From contig SMSO01000035.1 in assembly GCA_004764695.1 (NCBI GenBank), forward strand, positions 2,294,001-2,358,000: DNA of 64,000 bases, in the 5' to 3' direction. Numbering within the stretch: position 1 is the stretch's first letter; the number at the start of each line of letters is the position of its first letter. The stretch is from Schizochytrium sp. TIO01. Lineage: Eukaryota > Protista > Bigyra: Labyrinthulomycetes. Below the pieces are notes generated by a model. That model saw nothing but the letters and a program-made list of their open reading frames with translations. It was not told the origin of the DNA and made no database searches. The translations under genes were made by a program, and so were the position numbers. Shown here one piece after another: positions 12,939-24,696 of this stretch.

Positions 12939-13121
12939 ATGTGCAAGACGACCATTCCACAAGTGAAGCAAACCATCAAGACCAGTATACATTCAATAGA
13001 TTTTAGTATTCCAGGAAATGAGCCAAGGCCTATGCCACAAGCACCACACCAATACCGTCCTCATCGCCCAAGGCTTCTAACGACCGGGGTGCTACCAATT
13101 TATCAACCAAGCCCTGTATAA
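12939..13121 (+). CDS. Micropeptide family member 2, 60 aa (MCKTTIPQ...PHRPRLLTTGVLPIYQPSPV)
   Basis: ATG in an aaaATG context within track ORF 12897-13121. C-terminal RPRLLTTGVLPIYQ matches the family motif. Confidence 0.7.
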   Translation: MCKTTIPQVKQTIKTSIHSIDFSIPGNEPRPMPQAPHQYRPHRPRLLTTGVLPIYQPSPV

Positions 13122-14592
13122 TTTGAGCCTAGATATTTATTTCTTATTAGTTTTTCTTCATGAAGACATATTTAAGCGCATCTAGTTGCCTTCGCATAAC
13201 ATTTTTGCGCTGAGTAACGATTAACGATTCACGGATTTAATACAAACAATTTAGTTTCCTGATTTTTCAAATAATGATGTACTGATAGTTCAGCTTTGTC
13301 GCTGGTGCAGTTGATTAAACGTCGCACATCACCATAAATCTCTCCATCATCTGTCACTTGGGAATGTAATCTTATGCTCCTAGATGCGAACTTCTCCAAA
13401 GTGATGTAGTCTCTCCTTGCATTTGTAGTTGAAGGAATCTTAGCAATAATAACCCGTTGTTTCTCTTGGCTGATTAATGCTTTGACGACGAATTCTGCAG
13501 TGATTCTACAGTCGCTGTCGCAAAAGAATATCAAGACTCGGAGAGATTTTCTATGAAACATCACATATCCCCTTGTCACATTTCTCACATTTCTCGAGAG
13601 GATCTGTCTTCATTTTTGACAAGCAGACAACAAACTCGCATGAGGCTGTGGTTCTTACTTCTCATAATGTCATCGACAGGATTTGCTGTGAGTGTATAAA
13701 GTCCGTCGCAAGTCAGTCTAAGTTTAATATACCCTTAAATCTTTCTAAAACTTAATTTTTCTATATGTGAATACGAAAATGTTGGTCGCTTTACCGACAT
13801 CTATATCAAGCGATAGATTGATTAAGCAATGGATAAAGCTCAGAAATAAGAGGGAATTTTGATTCCAACCAGAGCAACTAAATATGTAGCAATGTAATTG
13901 AGAGGGCCAAATGTTATGATGTGTTCCCAGCTTTTTTACGTGAACGAACCTGTGTGTCTAATTTTAATCAGTAAACATCGACTTCGTAGTTTTGCTCTTC
14001 CCATCAAGATCTTATTCTCGGCAAACTTTTCAATGGCTACAGCCAACGCACACATCCTAAGCAAGTGATAATTTCTCATACATGGGTTCGACGTCTTTTG
14101 CAGTAATCTGTGTATGTCTGTCGCAAGTTTTATCATGCCACGAAGATTTCAAATTAATGAGTATTTGAGATAGTCATGAGAATACTTGGGTTGCATTATT
14201 TCTTGGTCATTTGAAATTTGTTGGTGAAGACTGTCATCTAGCAAGATCACTAGGAAGCAAACAACTCAAAATGAACATTCCAATGCACATATTATGCAAG
14301 GTTATCTCTTGCACTTATTTCGCTTATAAAACTTAAATTATATAGTGTTATCGCATTGAATTGCTACACTATATCATCAGGTTGCATGGTTGTACAAGAT
14401 AACTAAAAGAAGCTGTAGAAAATTTGGCCCTTGTCAGCCTATCTAATTGATTTTAAAATCTAAGATACAGTAGTATATGTTTTTCAATCTCGCTGATAAA
14501 CACTGTTAAGAGAGTGACAGTGGAAGAAAACCTCGGATCTTCTTCTTCAAAAATGGGAATGTAAGGTCTGACTGAGGACTTGGGTTTTCATC

Positions 14593-14761
14593 TCAAGGTT
14601 TCGTTTGATTTTGAAAAGTAGGTAATACATCGACAGTTTCGAGCCGAGGACGAGGCTGTGCGCTGTTCGGTGAGCGTGGCGATTGAACTCCTCCTGGACG
14701 AACTAGTTTTCGTGGGGTATCTGGCGATGCAGAAAGATCAGCATTATCTCCGGTCACTCAT
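14593..14761 (-). pseudogene. Micropeptide family member 3, frameshifted or mis-assembled near the start (MSD/GDNADLSASPDTPRKLVRPGGVQSPRSPNSAQPRPRLETVDVLPTFQNQTKP)
   Basis: caaaATG at 14761 reads MSDRR-stop. Deleting one base in GACCGGA joins it to an open frame (GTG 14757 to TGA 14593) containing SASPDT, RKLVRPG and RPRLETVDVLPTFQ. Confidence 0.6.
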
Positions 14762-15726
14762 TTTGTATGAATATTGCTGCTATACAAAGACCTCTTCTAA
14801 TTTCCTCAAATCACCAAGAAATTGGGTTTTGCTTTGCGGTGGGGAAGATTTGTTGACATAGCTTGTACCTGGGAATATAATCAGAGCGCGTGGCTTGCGC
14901 GTGGAATACCCATATCTGCTATGCTTACTTAGTAGTATTCGTTTTCTTCCCATAAGTTGAATCCATTTCTACTTATATATATATAAATGACTTTTCTTTT
15001 TAAGGTAAGAGGTAGGCACTCAACACAGATGGTTTCACTTCCCGCAAAGTACGCACCGCAGCAGACTACAATATTAGTTTCTTCTCGGACAAAGGCGCGC
15101 GTGCCTCCGTGATTGTCGACAAGGGTTCTGCCCTGGTCCATTCCTATACATACAGGAGCAAACCTCAGGTGTATAAAGATTTAAATTTTAAAGTAAAACT
15201 CAATTCCCAGGATGGTTAAGAGAAGATTAAAACAGTTCTTCCTGACAAAAATGTTATGTATGCTGATCTTGATGAATCTAGCTATTAAACCAGTTACGCC
15301 TGTTTAAAGTCTTGAGGTTGCGGAAGTAGTTGCAGAAGTAGAAATAAGTTTGTGAAATTGAAAATTGGATTCTTCATCATCAAAGAAAGCGTGGAATGAG
15401 CATATGCTTCCTTTCACGCCACTCTAGTCGCTGAAAGTATGCTTATCAGCGCTGTTCACTCAAATGTGTAAAGACTAAGGAGAAAAGAATACCGAGAGAA
15501 AAACAGGAAAAAAAAGGAATACCTTGTGACTTGTAAAACTGGAAACGGATTTGTTGGATTTTTTCTTTTCTTCATTTTCTTCTCTAGAATAGGTGAAGGT
15601 AGTAGCTTACACTCCACATTCCATTGGCTTTTACACTACTATCGACGAACCATGACAGGGTTATTGTGCAGGTATAGAGGTGCATAAACCAATGCAGTTT
15701 TCGTCGGACGTTTGACCCGATGCTTC

Positions 15727-15753
15727 TCTCTTGCTTCTCTTGCTTCTCTTGCT
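15727..15753 (+). repeat. Tandem 9-mer (TCTCTTGCT)3
   Basis: Directly visible. Confidence 0.9.
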
Positions 15754-17248
15754 TCTTGTTGTGAAGCCAGCAAGTGCACATTCTCACGTCCGGGGAATGG
15801 ATTCTCTATTTTGGCTAGCAAAAACAAGACTCTTACAAGCACAGTTGCCCCCACTCATAATAAGAAAGGAAGATCAAAGTTCATACTCAAGACAAAGTAA
15901 ACCAATACAGGGTTGCGTCGATTGTATATTTTATCTAATCGAATTCGAAATTTAGCCTAGCCAAAAAAGGAAGCCCAATTTTCTACTTAGATCAAGAAAC
16001 CCCACAAGACAAGTATGATAAGATAACTATGCAAGAAGATATATAAAAGCATGTTTTTTAGCTTGTGGAATGTTGAGAGTACTTTTCTACGAGTTTTTTT
16101 GTTAATGTAAGTCAACGTCTAGCGCTTGCATTGGACAGTTGTATCAAACAAAGAGAATATAAATTGCGCTTCCGCCTGGCCAGGGCAGGGAAACCACCAG
16201 GTTAGTATTTGGTTGAAAGGAATGAGATTCCAATCGTTCTGTAGTTCATTGTGCCACGCGCACAGAGTAAAACTCCCAGCAAGAGCCCTTATGTCTAAAG
16301 AGAAGCAACCAAAATACTGATATTAAGCTTATATCAAAACTTTGGTTGCAAAAGTATGATCTGCACAAAGTTTGCATAGATGAAAGCTAAATAGTTTTCT
16401 TAATAATATGTGAAGCACAATGCTAAGTTCAAGCTAAAGAGTAATGAAGCGCTCCCTATGCTTGTTGGCTGGCTGGGTATCTATAGTAAAAGATAGTACT
16501 ATGGTGCGCTGCGGTAAAACGAAAATAGCACTGCTATACAATGAGTATATCTAATGACTAGTGTCACACATCTTTTTTGCCTGTTTTTACCAGTCTTACA
16601 AGGTTTGAATGAGTATCTGTTTTAAAAATTAAGTAATTCTAAGTATTAGCAAGCCACAGATCTGTGTGCCGTGAGAGCGCCTGCAAACATAAGGCCCTCA
16701 TCTTCAGCTGTTGAATATAATTGTCACAGTAAATAAACTTGCGCCCTTTTTTAAATTTTCTCTTTCAGTGCTTGAGTAGCTATATAAAGGGAGGGGCATA
16801 CATTTTGCTCTGTGTTTCCCTGTTTGTTGTTATTTAATTCTAAAAGGACAGGTGACACCTTTGTCTTCATTTCGTGTAAACATGCACATCGTGATTATAA
16901 ATATAGTACTCTAGACCTGAAAAGGCAACGACAGAAATGAGTAGACCCAGGGCACATTACAACACAGTATACTATGGTATTCTCAGGCATTCGATGTGCG
17001 GAGAGACAGGTTTTTAGGTCAATAATCCAAGATTTCATCCAAGGTCTGGCTTTTCCAACTACCTTACTTTCTTGATACTTGAATTGTGGTTGTAGCTGGT
17101 GTTTTTGCATTTTCCCCCGTCCTATTTTAAAAAGGGTCGTCACCCGGTTCTCTGCTTATTCGTTGATATTTGCTACAGTTAATTAAATGTGACGAGAAAA
17201 AAAAAGTCACTAAGAAATGGATTCGCAGGAAGGGACTGTGTGGTTTCT

Positions 17249-17512
17249 GAAGCTAGGGGAGGGCTACCCTCCTCCAAAAATCACCCTACCATGAAGCTAC
17301 TTGCATGAAGCTGTATGATTTGTGGAGACAAGAAATAAGCATGCAGGACATTCTCGGCAAGGCCTGGTAGTGTGTTGCTTAACGTCCCAGCTGGGCTGTG
17401 GATCCTTCAAAGAAGCTAGAAGCTCGTGACATAGAAGCTAAGCCAAGCTACTCACCAATCCATTTTCGTTCTTCCATGTTGACAGCTTATCAGAATAAAA
17501 AAGCAGGAAGCT
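17249..17512 (+). promoter_or_regulatory. Cluster of seven GAAGCT hexamers upstream of micropeptide member 4
   Basis: GAAGCT at 17249, 17293, 17307, 17412, 17419, 17434 and 17507. AAGAAGCTAG and GCAGGAAGCT also occur upstream of member 1 (10029, 10043). Confidence 0.4.
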
Positions 17513-17602
17513 GATGGGTTTCAAATCCCAAACGCCAACAACGCGCCAACGCAGACCCAGACAAGAGCTCTAGGAAAATATAACCCTTATAAGAAACCTA
17601 TC

Positions 17603-17758
17603 ATGACAGCAAGTCTTGCCGCAGTATCAGCATCTGAGGATACCTCCCCTCCGACAAATAATGCGGACCAAGTGAGAAAAGCGCCTCGATCAAGACCATT
17701 CCGTGCGCGTGCTCAAACGAGTGATGTATTGCCTGCATACGTCCCATCACAGCGATAA
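17603..17758 (+). CDS. Micropeptide family member 4, 51 aa (MTASLAAVSASEDTSPPTNNADQVRKAPRSRPFRARAQTSDVLPAYVPSQR)
   Basis: Hand-translated ATG..TAA. SASEDT resembles SASPDT of member 3, and RARAQTSDVLPAYV matches the family motif. Confidence 0.7.
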   Translation: MTASLAAVSASEDTSPPTNNADQVRKAPRSRPFRARAQTSDVLPAYVPSQR

Positions 17759-20700
17759 ACTTCGATCGTCTTCGCTTCGAAAGCCTGAGGCTTTGCGCAC
17801 ATTGAAATTGTGAATATTTCTCGAAGTCATATCGATGGAGACGGCGGAGTGAGTGCCAACTATTATATTATAATTATTTACTGCAGAAACCTTACCAATT
17901 GTGAGCTCTGCTCTGCTCTTAAATTGTACCTACATAAACAAAAATAGAAATGAAATTTAACACTACTTAAACGATGTGATATTTTTTTTAGAAGTATTGC
18001 CATATCTCTGAGAGGCACTAATTCGAGTTATTCCTGAAATTTGTATTTTGAAGGTGTCTGGGATAGACCTTGCACCTTCGGATGGATGTTGTGTCTCTGC
18101 ACATCCTCCGCTTGTCTGCCAAGCTGACGCTTACTTTATTCCGCATATTAGCACGACTTAAATCAACGCTCAAAAGACCGTGATGTAATATTTAGTTATG
18201 TTAAAGCTGTGGAGCCTCGATCAAAGTTCGAGGAACAAATCGAACGTTGTCTTAGTTCGATTTGTTGGATGCTACGTCCGTCTTAAACAGCTAGAGTTTG
18301 TGTGGCAAGATGATCTTAAAAGCTTGAAGAATATATAAAGAAGCATGGTTGCGGCTACTTCACATCCTCTTCTATTTAATTATATCATTCTCATACTTAC
18401 TATGAACACTGATGGGCAATTTCCAAATGCGGCTTCTCAAAATCTGCTGTTATCGTTCTCTTAGAGTGTTTTCCAATTTCGTGTAAACTCTTGCAATATC
18501 TTAAACGCAGAATATTTTTTAAGGTGAAGCAAAGTAAATACTAAACACACGATTAATATCTAATAACTGACATAGCTTCACAATATGCACATTGCCAATT
18601 TTGCGTTGAAAAACTGAAGCTCAAGGCACCTTCATGTAGATTTCCAAGCTCGAAGCATTTTGAAAAGCGTAGAATTCTCAAGCTAAAGGCTGACTGAAAA
18701 GGTTAAGAATAATGGTGTTTAACTAAGCGAAAAAAATAAAGAAAAGGAAAACATATTATTTAGGAGTTGCTGATCTACTAGGGAAACTCAGCCATTTCTT
18801 GATGATGCTTTACAGGTATCATGATGGGTGAGGTCTTCATGTCGATCCTCAATCATATGCTATAGCTTTAGTTTGCTGTATCAAGTTATTGTACTCGCGT
18901 ACGCACGTACTTGAGTAAAAGAAACGTTTAGCCTCGAGAGCCATCAATTAGATCATATCTATATTCTTTAGTTAAAGATATCAAAGAAACGATTCATTCG
19001 CAAGAACCCTTTATTTAATTTAACTTTATAAGCAATTGATGTGCGCACGTTGTCAATAAGAACTAGAAGCACACGCAAATATAGTACGATAAGAGTCGGT
19101 GACAGTTCTCTATAAAACCCAGAGCATAAAAATGAGACTCGCATGAATTTCACTGAAGAAACAAACAAAGCAAACAGCGTGTGTGTATTTCCATCGAGTA
19201 CTGAAACATATGACCAAATTCGAACAAAGGTTCGCATTTCTTGGCCCACGAGTTTAAACAAGTTATTCAAACATCAAAACGTTTTCAAAGGCCTTGCTAT
19301 AGTTGCGCTAAACTCCTCGTATTGTCAAAATTATGTTAGTATTACAATTATCAAGAGCTCAAATCAGATTTGCTCAAGGGAAAACGAGCGAAGAGCAAGC
19401 CTTAATGACAACACTTCAATTAAAAAAAAAAACTCCGCTCACTAATCAGATTGTTGGTCTTAAAGTGGTTTCTATGAATTTTGTATGATGAGCAGCGACC
19501 TAAGAAAGTCAATTTATTTCCTACAGATGTTTATTAGAGTGAGGTCCACTAGTTTCTTTAGATTTCAGTTTCATGCTAATTATGTCAGGGGGATGGTTCT
19601 GACTATCAATTTATCTCATCATTAACAAAAAACGTGGTCTTTATTTGAATCCTTTCATACTTCAGAAGCCTATGCAACTTCTAACGAATTGTTTCACAGT
19701 GAAAACACAAGTTATAAGTGATGGAGTGTGCACGAAAGTCTCGGATTCCCTGCACAAAGATTGTTCCAATTTACAAGATGTTAGTGTTACCGTGTGCGGG
19801 CTCTTAGAGTCAGTTTGCGGTCTGTGTAATAACTTGTCTTACTTAGACTTTCATGAACAAACTCAACGATCAATGTTCTTGACCAGAAGGCACAAAGGAC
19901 AAATGGAATATTAGTTCCCGATTGCATAAATAGTTATATTGCCTTATCATTAAGGATGGCTTGTCAATTAATTCAATCGATTTTCAATTTCTTTCTTTGC
20001 TTTGTGCAGATTGTGATCTAGATTTTGGTTTTTCCATATCGTTTGATGAAGATCCTCGCTCGTAACTTGTTATTTTGGCTGGTCGCCAACACCTCCTTTG
20101 GCCTCTGATTTGAAGCATGTGCAAGTTTAGTCCAGCTGTGGGAGACAGCATGAAGATACTTCCCTCTTTCATGACGATCTGTTCAAGTATAGTACTCTTT
20201 CTCTATCGACGATTCTGCTGCTCAAATGCGTTTCTAGACCTAAAATTGATATTGCGATACTAATTGTCGAATGCTTGGTTTGGAAGAGCAGTCCGTTTAT
20301 AGCTTAGCCTGAACACCATATTCCATTTGTCAATCGGTCGTTGCTAACATATTATAATAATTTTGTGTTATTGTTTTCCCCTTTCCATAAAAAGGCGAAA
20401 TAGGATATCAATTCAAGATTATTATTATTAAATATATATATATACCGAAAGCGAATTTTTTTCTGCCTTTAGTTCGCAAAGTGAAAGAGGAGCAGGACTT
20501 GAATATAAAGCTGTTATTCTTAGATTGCCTAGAGTGTAATTTTAACCACATCCATTAACCTCACAGTTTTTTGTTTTTGTTTTTTAAATTTTAATATTAA
20601 AAAAAATATAAGTCATGAGTCCAGCTTCAAATAAACCTCGCCATGAAGCGTAGCACCGTCTTATTTCTTAGCCATCTAATGGGATATTGAGGCTTGCAAC

Positions 20701-21664
20701 ATTTAGATAATGCACCGCAGGTATTCCACTATATGCAGAATGGAACAATTGATTAATGGAACAACAATATATGTCCGCAAAATAATAATATTAAAAAAAA
20801 ATTAAAAAAATAGAAATAATGCTCAGGCCATTTTCTGGATGGGCTCTGAACCAGTGCGCTGTTTGCATATTCGCTTTACCACTCTCGCTTTGACAATACC
20901 GGAAACAGCTTGTGGTTGCGATCGTTTCACTTCGTATCATATCAGTGTAATAATATATTTATGATATGGATAAATCATATGCCGCGTCGATTTCCAAACA
21001 GAAGCACAAACTTCAAGCTTCATCCATTGTCGAATTTTAAACTCCGAAGGGATCCGTATACAGAAGAGTAACATTTAATCAGACAGCCAATTGCAATCGT
21101 CTATTGTTTCTTTTTGAATTTCAAGCTATACAATTGGCCTTCTTTGTTATTTCATTCTGAGGAATTTTGCAGTTAATTGTATACAAATTTTATAGAGTAG
21201 AGAACGCTGAGAAGCCAAGCCAGCATTTTAGACTGCGTTGAAGGTGAATCTATCATTTGTTATCTAGATGTGTTTGAGAGTAGAAGAAATCTCTCTCTGA
21301 AGGACGTAGAGATTATCTTTATGATGAAAACGATAGTTCGGCAAGCGTATAGCTCATCCTCTCTTCAGCTGTGATCTTTTACTATCACTAAGTTAACGCG
21401 TATTCGCTTGATAAGTTCTTTCGCCGCCATACCTGTTTGTGGTGTTTGCCTACTTAAGCTCTGGTAACAATTCATTCATTATCCCAGTTCGGCTCCTGAA
21501 CTACCCCAGATCATTATCATCATCGCTCTTACTTTGGCGCGTGGTATACGTTTGAAGTTATTTTATGATTTTATTCTCATTTATAGATTTATATCGTCTT
21601 ACTTTTCGTTACTTTTTTCTATTCCTGTTTGAAGAAGAGCAGAAAACTCTTCGAATAGAACCTA

Positions 21665-21696
21665 TCTTAGTCACAAACCCCGATTAGTGACTAAGA
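21665..21696. repeat. Perfect 10-bp inverted repeat TCTTAGTCAC-N12-GTGACTAAGA
   Basis: Directly visible. Confidence 0.8.
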
Positions 21697-24624
21697 AATC
21701 AACTGTCTACTACCTCGACAGACTGAAGAGAGTCATACAATCACAATACAAACTCCTCATATAATAAGACAAGAGAAAGAACACACAATCAAGATTGAAT
21801 GAACAAATGGACTAGTGAATGAATGATTTTATTTTTTATTTTACTTTTGTTCTAAATAAGTTCTATTTCTAATAACAATGGCAAGCTGCCAAAATGCCAA
21901 TGAATTATCAATTTGACAAACGACACGAGTAAAAGGTTGGGTTTTCTGTAGATATGGGTTTAATCTGCTGGAGAATAATCGCGAGGCAGTCTGTTAATCC
22001 TTTGTCTGGTAACGGGGAGTCCTCCAAGGACGCAATTTCGGAAGTATTATCTTGATACATATATGTATATATACCTTTTCTTCTTTTTTCTTTTTTCCAT
22101 TTTAGCTAAGAGTGCTAAACTATTACTGCCAGTTCCGAGAGCAGCCTTTTCTCAAATTTGACCACCGGTAATACGTGTAGTAGAGTTGGCCATGTGGTGT
22201 CCTCGTGAATCCCTGCTGCAGGATTGGCCTAGATACGTTATTCAGAATGGGAGACAGTCGTGATCTATTTTAATTTCTCTGCGATTAGAGTGGCAAGGAT
22301 GGCATGGCGGAGCGGACCAGGCGGTCTGGGCAAGGAATAGAAGCTCACATGTGGCGAAATAAATGACCCGCTTTGTGTCAATTTTATATACCGTAGCGAT
22401 GGAATCATGAAATATTAATTCAAGTCTCGCTGTATTCGAGCCTGAATCGGAGCTTGACTTTCGAACAGCCTCGCTTAAGCTGCAAAGCAAGTTAGTTTAA
22501 TTCGGTGTCTTTTTTAACTACTCCCTTCTTCTTAGGCCATTTAAAACAAATTTTAATTAATAAGGTAATATTTCTACATATTTGTAAACGGGCGTTTGAC
22601 TTTGTTTCTTCAAATGGGCGTATTCGAAATAAGCTCTCACACCATATCTCCTGTCAATCATTTTATAAAGATTAAAACACAGGTCAAAACACATCGCTCA
22701 TATGCTCGAACATGTGTTTGAGCTTACGTACTATACAGAGCCTTTTGCCTTTTGTAATAAAGTTGCGAAGTCAATACGTATTGAAATAAATATGTTTAGA
22801 CTTTCTAATTTTACAGCACCAGCAGAAGGAACGCCAAACAATATTCAACAGATCATAGCTTAGAGTGTCTCTAATGATCTAAGGTCTCATCAGCACGATG
22901 ATGATACCATTGGCATTGTTGCGTCCTTCAGGCGAATGCAACTCGTAGTTTTCAAGGCCGGATGAGTTTGTACAGCTAGAGCCGACACCCTCACCTCCCT
23001 AGTTGGGGTAGCTAAAGAACCACCGCAAGAAGCAACAGAAATTGCAAAAGGAGTTGGCATATCAGCGCGGTCATATAAGTAGTCTTCAGGCGAATGTGCT
23101 GTTGAAGCAGGTCAGATTTGAGCCCCTTGTTTACATCGATGTAACTGTAAATGTAGCCGAGTAGAGAGCTGTTACGTGAAGAGAGAGCTGTTGGGTGCAA
23201 TATTAAATTTGTATATATTACTGCAGGACATATAGGGGAATAAGTAGCACACACCTCGAGAATCGAGCTGTTAAACCCATGATATTCCTCTATACTACTA
23301 GTTGGATGTATGGTGGCGCCTTTCTTACACAGAAAACACGCTTTGCACAAGCCTACATGGGTTGCACCAGAAAATTCAAACCAATAAAACATTCGAGCAA
23401 TAGAAACGTTGTTACCATTGAATTCTTCGTATACTTTTCCTGCATCAGTTCCGAAACCCTTGGAGAAAGTTCTGATCTTCGTTTTAAGTTGAATTAATTT
23501 TCTAACTGAGGCGGGAAAGAAACTTGAAATCAAAATCTCATTTAAGAAAGAAAGGTGAGGACAGTCTGTATAGCTTGCATGATTATGCCACCTGTGTGTA
23601 TTACTCCAAGCACTTGCAACGAGAACGTGCTTGCTTCCGTGGGGAACACGCAGGCTGTCATGATTCCCAAACAATGGAACACCTTGTGTCGCATGCCTAG
23701 ATTTCTAGTTGGCCGACCGTGGTCCTCGCCTGATTATTATTTATCTAATGGATAATTTACCTTGTTGAGTTCTATGCCGCGGGGCAACTTTCAATGCCAT
23801 ATGTTAGCACCCATACATTAAAAAATAATTTGTTTTCCGCGTATGACCACTCTGCGCTTTATTTTAATGGCGACTGTAGTGCGAGCTACTTCTCGAGGTG
23901 CTGTTTACAATGCAAGCCATCATTTCTGAAGAGGCAACCTTGTGCCGGTTGGGCGGCCCAACGTGTAAATTCGATTGCATATTTTTTAGTTAGGGTTTCA
24001 ATTTTTTCAGGACTCGCTGGCCATACAGTTTTCCTTGAATATTAATTAGTTTCTCTACGTTTTCCACAAAGACAGAAAGAACATATCTCCGAAGTCAGTG
24101 ACCTCATCATGCTCATTCCCTCGAGTCTCTCGTAAACCGGAACCTTGCCCCCTAGGTTCTGTGTCTGTATTGCCATTCAATCACAATGAGCATTACTTAT
24201 TGCTTTTTAAACAAAAAAGGAAAAACTCAGATTGCATGTAGGATGAGTTTGATGAAAGGAGCAAGAAAATAAAATTGGAACTCAAAGCTGCAAAGGCTTT
24301 TTTTTTTTTAAATATGCGAATAAGAAACAAAGCGACTATGCACACGATCTAATGAACTCGACTATGAATATCTCAATATCTGAATCAATCGAGGTATGAT
24401 GATTTAGCCTGAAATGGTGAAAAGTCCAGGCCTACATGTTATCATTAATGGTCCAATAAGATTTTTTAATGTCATCACATAAATGACGAATGTGCATCTC
24501 CACCCGATACTAACTTCGTATTATAATAATATCTGCAAGTTGTTAATTTCTATTTAAATTAAAAACAGAATGATAGTAAAACATCTATTTAAATGTTTTT
24601 GTTTATTTATTTATGTATTAAATA

Positions 24625-24696
24625 AACAATAAAATGACGCTGTGCAATAAATTAACAATAAAATGACGCTGTGAGTCCACAGCGGCCACTGCGTCA
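24625..24696. repeat. 20-bp direct repeat AACAATAAAATGACGCTGTG x2 followed by a hairpin CGCTGTG-agtc-CACAGCG
   Basis: Copies at 24625-24644 and 24654-24673; directly visible. Confidence 0.8.

Noticed and set aside
13229-14500. Coding-like minus-strand fragments
   Set aside because: Many stop codons and no identifiable homology.
22192-22263. sORF MWCPRESLLQDWPRYVIQNGRQS with PR-x7-PxYV spacing like the micropeptides
   Set aside because: Lacks RxR and VL; the similarity could easily be chance.
23012-23674. 220-aa minus-strand ORF in the desert
   Set aside because: Non-ATG start and no recognisable domain; cannot be supported, though a decayed gene is not excluded.
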